Source of the DNA: Octopus vulgaris
Lineage: Eukaryota
Length of the DNA: 64,000 bases
Assembly: GCA_951406725.2 (NCBI GenBank)
Contig: OX597818.1
Span: 132,246,001-132,310,000 of the forward strand
Direction: 5' to 3'
The notes under the pieces are model-generated. The model worked only from the letters and a program-made list of their open reading frames with translations. It ran no database searches and was not told the origin of the DNA. The position numbers were made by a program, and so were the translations under genes. Position 1 is the first letter of the stretch. Each line of letters starts with the position of its first letter. This document shows positions 12,526-26,922 of this stretch, piece after piece.

Positions 12526-12699
12526 TACATATACATACAAACATATAACAAATGATACAGATGGAAAATGGAATATATACTGAGGAATTCTGGATGACGT
12601 CAGGTAGCCATAAGCAGTGAAAGCGCTTCATTCACTAACTAATAGGTACATACACAATACTTAAATAATTACTTATATATCTATATCTATATACAATTG

Positions 12700-13053
12700 A
12701 GGGTAAAATTAATTAGTTATTAATCAATTTTACCAAGTAGTGTTCAGTATGTAAAAGGACCATTTAAGGCGAATTCAAAATATTACATTATATAATTAGG
12801 GCTTAGTAAAATAAATTACTTTGCCACATACTGAACTTTCTAGAAATAGCAGCCAAAAAGTTTTTAGCCATTTCCACTTGTGATATTTTACTGTTTTTAC
12901 CTCCATATCTTCGTGAGTTATTTTTGAGTAAACATTATCTGAGAGAAGTTTTTCTTAAAGTAGTGGAAATGGCTAAAAACTTTTTGGCTGCTATTTCTAG
13001 AAAGTTCAGTATGTGGCAAAGTAATCTATTTTACTAAGCCCTAATTATATAAT
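12700..13053 (-). mobile_element. Fold-back plus tail element
   Basis: 92-bp arms 12787-12878 / 12962-13053 with one mismatch, 83-bp spacer, unique tail on the left, TA-rich flanks. Confidence 0.85.
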
Positions 13054-13071
13054 ATATCTATATACATATAT

Positions 13072-13760
13072 AAAGAGTGCGATGGGTAAATTGTCACCAT
13101 CTTATATATTTAATTTTGCACATGCAAATTATTTGTTTTGACTATGTCTACTAGACAGTATAGTGGGGTCAGTTGGACACCATCTGTGAGAAAAACAGTA
13201 CCATGACGCAATTCATTCTGCCAGAAATTTGGAAATGACATGCTGTACTGCTTGGCATTCATGCTGGAAGCTCCAACACAAACATTTCAGAGTGTTTGGG
13301 TGTCAATCTGAGGACATGTACTGAGAGGGATAAAAATCAAACATCCAGTCAACATCATGGTGTTTAGAGTGATCGCTAGTGATGGCGATGTTATGCCTCC
13401 ATTCGTTTTCCCACATGGCCTCAGACGCAACACAGAGGCCTATATCAAGTGCCTGGAGGAGGGAGTGCTGCCCTGGGTCAAGTGAGTGGCTTCTGAAAGT
13501 CCCTATGTCTGGTAACAGGACTCTGCACCATACCACACAAGCAGGAGAATCCAGTCATGGCTGTCAGACAATTTCTGCAACCACATCCACCCTAAAATCT
13601 GGCCACCTAACTCCCCAGACTGCAACCCCCTTGATTATTATGTGTGGGGCGCAGTTGAGTGAGAGACCAACAAAACTCCTTGTAGCACCAAAGATGAACT
13701 GACGGCAAAGATTATGGCAGCATTCACCAACTTTAACAAAGAGACAGTCTAGAAGAGTTG
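13072..13760 (+). mobile_element. Tc1/mariner maT (DD37D) transposase remnant
   Basis: ..VIASDGDVMPPFVFP..QDSAPYH..WPPNSPDCNPLDYYVWG; internal deletion and stops; related fragment at 34710-34950(-). Confidence 0.85.
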
Positions 13761-14000
13761 TATGTATGTGTGCGTGTGTGTGTGTGTGTGTGTGCGCGCA
13801 TGTTTGTGTGTGTGTAATTATGTTTGTATAACTATCTTTGAATGTGTGTTTGACTGTGTGTTTGACATGGCTCCAAGTTCAGTTCCACTGTGTGACTCCT
13901 TGGGCAAGTGTTTTCTACTATAGCTTCAAGCCAACCAAAGCCTCATGAGTCAATTTGGTAGAGCGAAATTGAAAGAAGCCTGTTGTATGTATCTATATAT

Positions 14001-14032
<32 letters not shown>

Positions 14033-14047
14033 TCGTGATATAATATT

Positions 14048-14270
14048 ATAATATGTGACATTTATTCAGTTGCCATCATAAAACTCCAAGTTTCAGATGT
14101 CGGGGTAAAAACCTGCACCTGTATCTCTTCAGGTTTTCGCCCCAACAGCTGAAACTCAGAGTTTTATGATGGCAACCAAATAATTGTCACATATTATATT
14201 ACAAATAAATTCCTCTATTTACATAATATTGAGGTCTCTTTCATTTTTTTGTAGTCTTACCATTACTATT
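14048..14270 (+). mobile_element. Fold-back plus tail element with hammerhead-like core
   Basis: Imperfect arms 14048-14115 / 14130-14197, tail to 14270; minus strand reads aaac-CTGAAGAG...GAAAC-ttgga-gttt. Confidence 0.7.
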
Positions 14271-14554
14271 AATATATATTTATATATTTGTTATGGAAGA
14301 CAGAGTGTAGCTAGAAGCTTTATTTAGCACAACAATAGTTTTGGCTACATTCTGCATTGCTCCCTAGAAGGTGGGGAATGATGTAATGACATCGGATGCA
14401 TTGCACAGTGCAAGAATCTTCATCAGGTGACATAAAAGGCTTCAAAAGTTTAATATCTCCTAGCTAAAGCTTAATTTTAATTTTAAGTCTTACTATGATA
14501 TTGGAGCCTTAAAGATACACACATATCTTTTTGTATAATATATATAAATAAATA

Positions 14555-15505
14555 AAAGGAGTTAAATGCAGAAGACTACACATGAATATGTTTGTAGAAA
14601 CCTCCAAGAGGATAGTAACATTGATCATCAAAGCAGTCTAACATGGGCCAACAAGCCGATTACTACCTCCTACTTTGAAGTCTGTGCATTTGGAACAGGA
14701 AATACCCAAATACCTGATGCACAAAAGGGACAGATATGCAGGAAAAGTTGCAAAATGCGACAACCGAATTAAACTTTGTGGGGTTGACACAGAAGATATC
14801 ACCCACATCATAAACAGTTGTCCGAAAATTTCATCACAGTATTATCTACTAATGAGACATGATGTTGTAGCTAGGACACTGTATAACAAAATCCATTAGA
14901 AGGATAACCTCGAGGACAAGGAAATATGAACTCACAGTATGGTGGAAGCCATAGCCATTCATAATAAAAAGTACTGGTAGAATGTCTCAGTGAAAACCTC
15001 AATAAAATGTAAACACAATAGACCTGATATAACAATGGAGTAGAGAAGAGAAGCTGTGTACAGTTGTGGAAATCAGCTGCCTAGCAGATGCTGAACTATT
15101 GAAGAATCTGTAGTTACTCTATCCAGATTACAAGTTAAGGTTAATGCCTGTAATCACTGGGGCACCCGGGGTATGTAACAGACTGCCTAAATACCAATCT
15201 TGAGAAATTAGGCTTCTCCAGAAAGGAAAAAGCTGATTCCAAGATCCAAGCCATCACTGGTACTGCCAAAATCTAAAATTTTCAAAAGTTTATCCGTTAT
15301 GTTTATATGGGCAAGTCCAGATATGCAACTATATGCATGAAAAGACATAAAAGGCATACAGAAGACAAAACATACAAATCTGCACATATACAAACATACA
15401 AAAATACCCAGTTGATGTTGTTGAAACTCCAATGAAGGAGGCTTGGACCTAGGTTAGAAACCAGCTCTTTCTCTATTGGCAAGAAATTTTGAAATACAGC
15501 TGAAT
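14555..15505 (+). mobile_element. R4/Dong-like (RLE) non-LTR retrotransposon 3' remnant
   Basis: QEI..KLCG..EDITHIINSCPK..RHDVVA zinc knuckle and HNRPDI..VEIS restriction-like endonuclease motif, with stops. Confidence 0.75.
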
Positions 15506-15550
15506 AAGGACATACATACATACATACATACATACATACATACATACATA

Positions 15551-15957
15551 GGCGCAGGAGTGGCTGTGTGGTAAGTAGCTTGCTAACCAACCACATGGTT
15601 CCGGGTTCAGTCCCACTGCGTGGCATCTTGGGCAAGTGTCTTCTACTATAGCCCTGGGCCGACCAATGCCTTGTGAGTGGATTTGGTAGACGGAAACTGA
15701 AAGAAGCCTGTCGTATATATGTATATATATGTATGTGTGTGTGTTTGTGTGTCTGTGTTTGTTCCCCTAGCATTGCTTGACAACCGATGCTGGTGTGTTT
15801 ACGTCCCCGTCACTTAGCGGTTTGGCAAAAAGAGACCGATAGAATAAGTACTGGACTTACAAAAGAATAAGTCCCGGGGTCGAGTTGCTCAACTAAAGGC
15901 GGTGCTCCAGCATGGCCACAGTCAAATGACTGAAACAAGTAAAAGAGTAAGGAGAGT
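15551..15957 (+). mobile_element. Full-length SINE family B with internal (TA)/(TG) microsatellite
   Basis: tRNA-like head, ggcatcttgggcaagtgtc core, (aagagta)n tail; further copies 20082-20511(-), 22724-23135(-), 31290-31625(-), 32780-33030(-), 34275-34707, 40857-41272, 57902-58122(-), 58671-59075. Confidence 0.92.
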
Positions 15958-15965
15958 ATACATAC

Positions 15966-16200
15966 ATTATGGCTGCCCCCTCGTTATCGAGTATGGCCAT
16001 TGCACGAAGCTTAACTGTTACTGGTGCTGTGATCGAATGTGACTTTTTAGCCCAGCTAAAGATCTACAATGTCTTGTACAAAATTGGCAACTAAGACCTT
16101 TACCGGTCATAGCCGGCTGTAGTTGTAACTGGGCTTCATGTACCTTTGCATGTCGTTTAAGTCCTCCTGCCGAATTACACTCTCTTCCACATGCCTGACA
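15966..16200 (-). mobile_element. RTE-BovB-like LINE 3' end
   Basis: Minus strand CQFCTRHCRSLAGLKSHIRSQHQ* followed by a short 3' UTR. Confidence 0.7.
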
Positions 16201-16414
16201 GATTTATACATACATACATACATACATACATTACATACATGTATGCATTGTACACATAACACACACCCATGCACATACTTCTATATCTTGATCATGTTTA
16301 AAGTAATATGGAATTTGCTAGAACAATTATATGGCTGTATGTATATGTGTGTATGTATATACTTACATATATCTATATCTATCTATGTATATATATTATA
16401 TATAAGTATATCTA

Positions 16415-16486
<72 letters not shown>

Positions 16487-16888
16487 AATCTCTCTATCTA
16501 TCTATATATATATATATTTGTATGTATGTATGTATCTTTGTATATACGTATGTATATATGTATGTATATATGTATGTATTATGTGTGTGTATAGTATACA
16601 TATATTTGTACATAACAAGAAAGAAAGATAGGAGAAATATAAGGTTAAAAAGAAGAAATAAGAAGACGGCAACTGAGTTTGTAAGTATATTCACGGATAT
16701 TCTGGAATGTAGAAAAAAGTTTAAACCATTCCTAAATTTGGCTTGATTTTGTTTTTTATATTTTGTACTTAGCTGATTTAGGAAAAAATAACTAACATGT
16801 TTGTGATGTTAAAGTTTTGTTCCTTGTTGTGGATATCCATTTCATGTATGTATATATTATATATGTCTATATATACATACATATATAT

Positions 16889-16973
<85 letters not shown>

Positions 16974-17502
16974 TTGGCATACATGCACATTCCAGCTTAC
17001 TTCTTTGTGTATGAAATCGTTTATATTTGTTATTATTCAGTGGATAAAATATACTTATCTCCTTGTTATTCTTCTTATTTTTTTTTTATTCCCCTCTTTC
17101 AAATTTATTCAATTTTGCCAGTTGTCTAGATTTATTTCAAGTTTTATTTAATTTTTATGTGAGTCTATATACATTGTTTCAGTTTAGTTTCTTGTTTGTT
17201 ATAACAATGGCCTTTTGAACATATATCACATTGCCATTTCTACTTATGTATGTATTATCCTACTGGAATTTTAGGTTGTTTATTACTTATGATATACGTT
17301 CATTTATTCATTACTTGTATACATTTGAATATAGTTGTATTTGAAATTATATATTCGCATATGAATGTCTGCATCTACATATGTATATGTATGTATATAT
17401 ATATATATATATTTAAACATTCAATTGTTTGTTCATATTCAAATAAAAAAGTATGTAATATGGCTTATGTATATATTATTTTAATACTTATGATCATATA
17501 TA

Positions 17503-17560
<58 letters not shown>

Positions 17561-17721
17561 GATATAAACACATGAAAATTCGTACATATATAAGTATACT
17601 TTGTCCAATAATTTTCTGAAGTTAGTTGCAATGTGTACATACACATACCCAAATGTATATGCACACATAAGTGTATATATACATAAGTTTTCACCTTAAC
17701 TCACACATGTACATAATATAT

Positions 17722-17754
<33 letters not shown>

Positions 17755-17961
17755 AATATTATCTATTTTGAAGTTAGTTTTAAAGAAATTAGATAGAGTC
17801 AAAAGCCACAAGCAAATATAGAAAATGTCTGTAAAAAATTTCATTTGGTTCCTTTTCTGGAATTTGAACAACTTAGGCAAAAGTTTCTGGCAGTAGGTAT
17901 ACAATTTTTTACCTCCTTTTTTCTTTTTAACATAGATTTAACCATATACATAAAGTGAATG

Positions 17962-18031
<70 letters not shown>

Positions 18032-18468
18032 CACACACATACACACACACACACACATATATATGCATGCAAATATATATATATACATACACACAGAAAC
18101 ACACACACATATATATATGCATGTAGACATATATGTGTATGTATGTGCATGAACATAGGCATGTGTATAAGTACACATGGGTACACATGCATTTGTGTGT
18201 GTTTGTGTGTGTGTTTGTGTGTGTGTTTGTGTGTGTATGCATTCATTGATTTCTACCATATACAATCTGTTCATATACTTTGGACATTTTGTCTTAATAT
18301 ATTTTTGAGTATTCCAACATAATTCTGGGTAATTCTTAGTATAGGCACACACTCCACTCACTCTCACACACATAATCGTATTCAAAGTAAATAGATCTCC
18401 ACCAGTTACAATGATGAATATTCTCATCATTTGATCAAATGAACTAGATATTCATGGAATTATAGTAG

Positions 18469-18682
18469 AAGGCGGTGAGCTGGCAGAAACGTTAGCGCGC
18501 CAGGCGAAATGTCGTTACATTCTGAGTTCAAATTCCGCCGAGGTCGACTTTGCCTTTCATCCTTTCGGGGTCAATAAATAAAGTACCAGTTACGCACTGG
18601 GGTCGATGTAATCGACTCAATACATATGTCTGTCCTTGTTTGTCCCCTCTATGTTTAGCCCCTTGTGGGTAATAAAGAAATA
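18469..18682 (+). mobile_element. MetaSINE-like SINE (family E)
   Basis: gactttgcctttcatcctttcggggtc..agtaccag Meta-domain-like core; 12-bp TSD ggaattatagta. Confidence 0.9.
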
Positions 18683-19069
18683 GGAATTATAGTATAAGTG
18701 GGTGAGTATTTCACAAGCACTTCTATCTTTAATGTAATCCCCTAGTTAAGTCACAGCACTTTATGTAACAGTGTTACTCTTTGGATTACAGGTACAGTCC
18801 ACCCAACAGGCTCCTTCCATACAGCTTCTCTCACAGTGCTATTTTACTCACAAGTGAATGGATCAACCAGAGGATGTGGAGAAAAAAACACTTGCCCCAG
18901 ATGCCATGCTATAGTATGGAACCTTAAAAACCTCATAATTGAGGACATACATTACTATGTGTGTGTATGTGTGTGTTTGTATCTCCAAGACTTGACATCA
19001 TGTGATGGTGGTAAAAGAGTGCCACCATCATATAAGCAGTATCATTCATTTCCAAGCATCCTTGAAAAC

Positions 19070-19515
19070 ATAATAATAATGAAATTATTGTATACAGTGC
19101 TCAGGTGTGCCACAACTTGTCAAAAGTGCACATAAATCATATGTAGTAATGTACAAATGTCTGCGAAGTGAACAGTGTACGAGTCAGATACATGCTTGTG
19201 TGTGTATGGAGGGGAGAAAATCAGACGTAGTGTTGGTGAACCTCAGGAAGCATGGAAGTTTTGAAGAATGCAGTGCTCTGACAACTAACAACTGATGCTG
19301 GCAGTTTGTTTCATACTTCAGCAACTCTTAGCGTGAAAAAAATGTTTCCGAAGGTCATGGGAGCTGTGCTGTTTTCTGATTTTGTAAACATGTCCATGGG
19401 TGTTAGACGGGTGGAGTTTGCAAAGGTGCTCAGAGTTATTGTTAGTAAGATGGTTAATAATTTTATGGGTGTCTGCCAAGTCAGCTGCCAGACGTCGGAG
19501 TTTCAATGTATCCAT
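19070..19515 (-). mobile_element. CR1-clade LINE 3' end
   Basis: LKLRRLAADL..HGHVYKI..RKHFFTLRVAEV*NKLP; (ATT)n tail; shorter copy at 34955-35248. Confidence 0.85.
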
Positions 19516-19736
19516 AAAAACATGTAAAAATGCATGACTTTATACTCAACTGGTACTTATTTCACTGACCCTGAAAGAATGACATGCAAAGTCAATCTCT
19601 GTGGAATTTGAAGTCAGAATGTTAGGATGGACGAAATACTGCTTAGTATTTTGCTCGGTGTGCTAATGATTCTGCCAGCTTTCCATCCTTAGTACAAATT
19701 AATGGGAAGTGCTGCTCTGATATAATCATCTGCACA

Positions 19737-19969
19737 AAGGTGGCGAGCTGGCAGAAACGTTAGCACGCCGGGTGAAATGCGTAGCCATATTTCGTCTGCT
19801 GTCATGTTCTGAGTTCAAATTCCGCCAAGGTCGACTTTGCCTTTCATCCTTTAGGGGTTGATAAAATTAAGTACCAGTTACGCACTGGGGTCGATGTAAT
19901 CGACTTAATCCGTTTGTCTGTCCTTGTTTGTCCCCTCTATGTTTAGCGCCTTGTGGGTAGTAAAGAAAT
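19737..19969 (+). mobile_element. MetaSINE-like SINE, full length
   Basis: 15-bp TSD atataatcatctgca on both sides. Confidence 0.92.
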
Positions 19970-20300
19970 ATATAATCATCTGCATATGTTAAGTAACTTT
20001 TCACATGGAAGCATTTATATGCAGTAGGGTTAGAAGTGGAGTGGTACAGAAACAATTGCAACTAATGATAAAGTGATGCTATACTCTTTACTCTTTTACT
20101 TGTTTCAGTCATTTGACTGTGGCCATGCTGGGGCACCGCCTTTAGTCGAGCAAATCGACCCGGGACTTATTCTTTGTAAGCTCAATACTTATTCTATCGG
20201 TCTCTTTTGCCGAACCGCTAACTGACGGGGACGTAAACACACCAGCATCGGTTGTCAAGCAATGCTAGAGAGACAAACACAGACACAAACACACACACAC

Positions 20301-20348
<48 letters not shown>

Positions 20349-21207
20349 GATGGGCTTCTTTCAGTTTCTGTCTACCAAATCCACTCACAAGTCTTTGGTC
20401 GGCCTGTCACTATAGTAGAAGACACTTGCCCAAGTTGATACGCTGTGGGACTGAACCCAGAACCATGTGGTTCGTAAGCAAGCTACTTACCACACAGTCA
20501 CTCCTACGCCTATAATTGCATTTTTTATAATAAATATAATTATAAGCTTAAAACTTATAATTACATTTATTATTTACTGAATTTTCGCTCACCAATGTTT
20601 CTCCATTTAATGCAGAAAACGTGTGTGTGTGCGTGTGTGTGTATGGCCTTAGGAAGGGTATCCAGCCATAGAAACCATGCCAAAGTAGACATCAGAGCTT
20701 GGCACAGTCTTCTGACAAACTGTCCAACCCATGCAAGCATGGAAAATGGATGTTAAATGATGGTAATGATCTATCTCTCTATCTATCTGTGTATTTATGC
20801 ATAAATCTATATTTCTCAATTTCCCTCTCTTCTATCATTATATCTTTCCATCTCATTCTCATTCTTGCTTTACTCACTATCGAATATTATCTCCCACTCA
20901 CTCCTATTCACTTACTCACTCATTCACTCCCACTCCTTCACTAACTGCCTATTTCTTCCGTGTGTTCTCTCTCCCAATAGTAATGTGAAGCAGCTTATGG
21001 TGTGGATCAGTGTGGATCAGTGGATGGTGAACTGAAGTTAAGGAGTTAAACATGTCAAGGAGGAGAAAATGTCAAGGTGACATACTTTCCTTCTCTCTTC
21101 CATGTGAACAGTTCTTTGAAATAAGTCTTCTTCATTAAGGATTGCAGTTATCGAATGATCATTGGTAGTCATTCAACTGTACTAAGGTGGAAGGGGATGG
21201 GGCTGAA

Positions 21208-21259
<52 letters not shown>

Positions 21260-21304
21260 AAGAGAGGCAGAAAATAAAAGAAATTAGTTAGAAAATGCAT
21301 GGTG

Positions 21305-21339
<35 letters not shown>

Positions 21340-21351
21340 CAGACAGGTAGG

Positions 21352-21435
<84 letters not shown>

Positions 21436-21460
21436 GAGATAGAGAGATAGATAGATAGAG

Positions 21461-21543
<83 letters not shown>

Positions 21544-21547
21544 AACG

Positions 21548-21607
<60 letters not shown>

Positions 21608-21671
21608 CAGATAGATAGATAGGGGGATAGAGAATAAGAGAAATTAGAAAATGTGTGGTGAGTGAATGGTG

Positions 21672-21736
<65 letters not shown>

Positions 21737-21775
21737 GATAGATAGATAGATAAATAGACAGATAGCTAGATAGAT
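21305..21775. repeat. (GATA)n array with (GA)n flanks
   Basis: Direct inspection. Confidence 0.97.
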
Positions 21776-21777
21776 TG

Positions 21778-21810
<33 letters not shown>

Positions 21811-22263
21811 AATGAGTGGAATGTGGTTAGGGATTGAAAATAGAGTGAAGAGAAAGAGAAAGAGAGAAAGGGAGAAGATGAGTGGAATGGGGGTTAAGGT
21901 TTGAAGATGTAGAGAATGAAGAGAGAGAGAGAGAGAGAGAGAGTGAGAGAAAGAAGAGAGAGAGGCCTTACTATCATTAAATATCTCTCCTAGCAAACAC
22001 ACCTTCACAACCAAACAAAAACTTTCAACTCAAAGACTGTCCTTCCTCTCCAGAACCAGAAAATATTTGCCCCCTCAACAACTACAAACCATCTACACGT
22101 TTTTAACTACAAATTAAAAAATAACCTTGAAGCCAATTGAAATAAATTCCAAGCAAATTAAAACAAGCTTGCAGCAAAACGAATCTTGAAACAAAATAGC
22201 AACTAAACAAATTAATACAACCTCTGAGCAAGTTAACCCTTTAGCATTTAAACCAGCCATATC

Positions 22264-22513
22264 TAAGTTAAGTTAATTTTTTGGCTCAAAAAGCAAAAAG
22301 CAAGGCCATGTAGGGGGACATGGAGTTATGTACAGGTTGGTGTTCATGCAAAGAGTTCAGGACATATCCGGTCAAGGGAGACTTTGAACCGAACGGTCAT
22401 CGGTGTCTTCACTATCTCGTCCGGCAGCTTATTCCACGGATCTGCAACCCGGAAGGAGAAAGCCCCTCTCCTTTGATTGAGATGAAATCGTCGCAGATAG
22501 AGCTTTTCGGAGT
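22264..22513 (-). mobile_element. CR1-clade LINE 3' end nested in a piggyBac-type MITE
   Basis: KLYLRRFHLNQRRGAFSFRVADPWNKLP; MITE sequence resumes on both sides. Confidence 0.85.
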
Positions 22514-22941
22514 AGCCCAAATATTCTGCTTGTTTTATGTCTAAATTGGCCACATCCAACTGCTCATACCTAACCTACAAGTTCATTCTAAAAAATAAAC
22601 AATAGTATCATTGAAATCTTGAAGCTATGAGACCATGAATGATTAATTCAAAACAATTATGAATTGATAAGCACTACATTTGACCAAATAATCTGAAAGC
22701 TAAAGGATTGAAGAACAGAAGTTTACTCTTTTACTCTTTTACTTGTTTCAGTCATTTGACTGCGGCCATGCTGGAGTACCGCCTTTAGTCGTGCAAATCG
22801 ACCCCGGGACTTATTCTTTGTAAGCCCAGTACTTATTCTATCAGTCTCTTTTGCCGAACCGCTAAGTAACGGGACGTAAACACACCAGCATCAGTTGTCA
22901 AGCAATGCTAGGGGGACAAACACAGACACACAAACACACAC

Positions 22942-22979
<38 letters not shown>

Positions 22980-24215
22980 GACAGGCTTCTTTCAGTTTCC
23001 GTCTACCAAATCCACTCACAAGGCTTTGGTCGGCCTGGGGCTATAGCAGAAGACACTTGCCCAAGACACCACACAGTGGGACTGAACCCGGAACCATGTG
23101 GTTGGTTAGCAAGCTACTTACCACACAGCCACTCCATTAAGTAAACATAATAGATGTCTATGTTTTAAATTGCTTGAACGTATACTCAGTTTATTTCATT
23201 ATTTGACTTAGGAAGGCAGTGAGCAGGCAAAGTCATTAGCATGTTGGAAAAAGTGCTTTGTGACATTTCTGGTGTCTCATGCATTCCTTAGTGGTTATGA
23301 GGTGTACTTGCGATTGTAAGATTGTGGTTTCAATTCCCAGACTAATGATGTGTTGTGTTCTTGAGCAACACACTTCATTTCATATTGCTCTAGTTCATTC
23401 AGCTAGCAAAACTGAGTAATCCTGTGACAGACCAGAGTTCCATCCAGGAGAGAATATATATTCCACAGGATCTTGGAAATTGGCCACCTTGAGAGTCTAT
23501 GACTTGAGAGGACTTATCTTCATTATGTTCTGAGTTCAAATTCTGCCAAGATTGACTTTGCTTTTCATTATTCCAAGGTCAATAAAATAAGCACCAATCA
23601 AGTACTGAGGTTGATATAATTGACATGGCTCAGTGGTTAGAGTATCAGGCTTACAATCATGAGATAGTGAGTTTGATTCCCAGACCAGGCTATGTACTGT
23701 GTTCTTGAGCAAGACATTTTATTTCATATTGTTCCAGTTCACTCAGCTGTAAAAATGAGCTGCAACGTCACCCTTTGCCTATCCCTTGGATAACTGGTGG
23801 CATGGACTGGGGAGACTGGTATGCATGGGCAAGCATTTGTCTTCCATAAACAACCTTGCCTTGACATGGGCCTTGGAGGGTAACTTTCTAGGTGCAATCC
23901 CATGGTCATTCATGATCAAAGGGGGTCTTTATCCTTTCTCTCCCTTCAGAATTGTTGGCTGGCCTTGTGCAAAAATTTGAAAGAATTATGTGACTTGGAC
24001 CTACAAGCTGTGTTTACTTATGGATGACAAAAATGTTTCATGTTATAAGTACTAGTATTTTATGAAGTGCCAAACAGGGAAACAAATAGGGACCATGAAA
24101 GTAGTGTGCACTCAAAACTTGAATGCATGTACTCTCTGAATAAGGTATGTACCACTGAATAAGAAGAAAAGTAAGAATCCAATGCTCTTGCACACCATGC
24201 TGTTAAGAAGATATA

Positions 24216-24756
24216 CAGGGTCAGGCAAAATGATCTGACACATTTGTAGGTTAAATAAAAGGCAAATGAAGTAAAGAAACAAAAAAGTGTTTTTATTTTT
24301 GAAAAGTACATATAATGCCATTTTGTTTCATTATGTTTTTAAAATTAAATCAGTCAAATGGGATCCATTATTGTCCACACACAGTCGAAGGCGTTCACGA
24401 AAGTTGTCAATAACTCGGCGGGTCATTTCATGCGATATTTTTTCTCTGGGGATACCTCAAGTCAAAGGTATACATTAATTGCCCTCGATCTATTGAACAA
24501 CTTAGAGATGCAATCCGTCAAGAAATTACTGCCATTCCACATGAAATGATCCGCCGAGTTATTGACAACTTTCGTGAACGCCTTCGACAGTGTGTGGACA
24601 ATAATGGATCCCATTTGACTGATTTAATTTTTAAAACATAATGAAACAAAATGGCATTATATGTACTTTTCAAAAATAAAAATACTTTTTTGTTTCTTTA
24701 CTTCATTTGCCTTTTATTTAACCTACAAATGTGTCAGATCATTTTGCCTGACCCTG
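24216..24756. mobile_element. Tc1/mariner palindromic element with 217-bp inverted repeats
   Basis: TA|cagggtcagg ... cctgaccctg|TA; plus strand encodes FLWGYLKSKVY..CVDNNGSHLTDLIFKT*. Confidence 0.92.
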
Positions 24757-24884
24757 TATTTGAGTGCACAGAGATCGTGCATCATATTCTCATTGTGAAT
24801 GTATCCATCATAAATTCAAGAAGACTGACCATGAACAACATGATGGGTAATTAAATGAATCTCCACATTAAACATTAGTTTTAA

Positions 24885-25495
24885 ATTTTAGCACAAGGCC
24901 AGCAATTTGGGGGAAGGGAATAAGTTGATTACATCGACACCAGTGCGTAACTGGTACTTATTTTATCAATACCTATTTCTTTACTACCCACAAGGGGCTA
25001 AACATAGAGAGGACAAACAAGGACAGACAAATGGATTAAGTCGATTACATCGACCCCAGTGCATAACTGGTACTTAATTCATCGACCCCCGAAAGAATGA
25101 AAGGCAAAGTTGACCTCGGCGGAATTTGAACTCAGAACGTAACGGCAGGCGAAATTCCTATTTCTTTATTACCCACAAGGAGCTAAACATAGAGGGGACA
25201 AACAAGGACAGATAAATGGAATAAGTCGATTACATCGACACCAGTGCGTAACTGGTACTTAATTTATCAATACCTATTTCTTTACTACCCACAAGGGGCT
25301 AAACATAGAGAGGACAAACAAGGACAGACAAACGGATTAAGTCGATTACATCGACCCCAGTACTTATTTAATCGACCCCGAAAGGATGAAAGGCAAATTC
25401 AACCTTGCCAGAATTTGTACTCAGAATGTGCAGACGGATGAAGTGTCACTAATCATTTCGTCTGGCATGCTAAAGCTTCTGTCAGCTCACCAGCT
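24885..25495 (-). mobile_element. Tandem/nested MetaSINE-like multimer
   Basis: acctatttctttactacccacaaggggctaaac tail repeated three times. Confidence 0.85.
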
Positions 25496-25924
25496 CAATA
25501 AACACAATTAATATAGGAAAAAGTCTTGGCAAACACTTACAAGCCCAGTCAGGGAATTTAGGTAGACATAAACAATGCAGATCCACCATGGGGTCCATTC
25601 TTTGTTGAACTATGATGTATTGCATGCATTATTGACCCGGAGAGCTATGCTAGTGGAGCACAAGATCCTGATAGGGCATATCATATCAGAAAGGTCAAAT
25701 GAAAGAGCCCAAAATAATATGGACCATTTCTCCCTAGAGGTAAAAATAGGTTTACCTAAGTCCAACATACTTATCTTGAGAACAGCAAAGTTACAGAAGC
25801 ATTGATGGTAGTTCAAAACCAACAAGACCTGGACGAAGAGAAGAGCAGAAAAGAGAGCCCAGAGTTGAAAACCATACAGAAAAGTCGTTGTTGCCCTATG
25901 CTTTATAAGGAGTAAATGGATTAA

Positions 25925-26146
25925 CCCTTTAGCATTTAAACCGGCCATATCTGGCCAAAAGTATTCTGCCTGTTTTATGTTCAAACTGGCCAGATCTGAT
26001 CTCTCACACCAACCCTACAATATCGTTTTAAAAATTAACAGCTACTTCATCAAAATCTCATAACTACAAGATAATGCCTGATTTATTCAAAACAATGTGG
26101 ATTAAAAAGGATTAATTTTGGCAGAATAATGTGAACACTAAAAGGG
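25925..26146. mobile_element. piggyBac-type MITE
   Basis: TTAA|ccctttagc ... actaaaaggg|TTAA. Confidence 0.8.
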
Positions 26147-26427
26147 TTAAGTGTGAAAATGTTTCTGATGCCCTGTACATGTAATTTCAAAGGGTCAAAC
26201 TTGTCCCACGCTGTGTTACAATGATACTACTTGAGAATTGTATTAAAGGTACTGGCATTTCATTGCTTACGATGACAATGGTTCCAGTAGGTCTCATAAA
26301 CAGAACAGTCTGCTTGTGAAATTAACATGCAAGTGGTTGGGCACTCCACAGACACATGTACTTTTAGTGTAGTTCTCAGGGAGATTCAGCATGAGACACA
26401 ATGTGACAAGGCTGGCTTTTTGAATCG

Positions 26428-26922
26428 GGATTCAAGCCTCTTCTCCTTATCTCCTCAAAGACATACATCATCTCGAAAGAGTCCAGAAGCTGGCTACCCG
26501 CATGGTTCTTGGTCTCAAGCATTTGTCTTATGAAGAAAGGCTGATGACGCTCAACCTTTATTCTCTAGAAAAATGAAGCCGCCGTGGTGATCTCATTCTT
26601 GCTCACAACATCATAAGCGGAAAGTGTAACCTCTCGAAAGAGCTGTTCTTCACTCCTGCTCCAGAGCGTCGGCTGCGGGGTCACTCCAAAAAGCTCTATC
26701 TGCGACGATTTCATCTCAATCAAAGGAGAGGGGTTTCTCCGTCCGGGTTGCGGTCCGTGGAATAAGCTGCCGGACGAGATAGTGAAGATGCCGACGACCG
26801 TTCGGTTCAAAGTCTCTCTTGACCAGAAATGGCCTGAACTCTTTGCATGAACACCCTCCCTGTACATAACTCCATGTCCCCCTACGTGGTCTTGCTTTTT
26901 GCTTTTTGAGCCAAAAAATTTA
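26428..26922 (+). mobile_element. CR1-clade LINE 3' end
   Basis: SPYLLKDIHHLERVQKLATRMV..LSYEERL..RRGDL..RGHSKKL..WNKLP. Confidence 0.9.
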
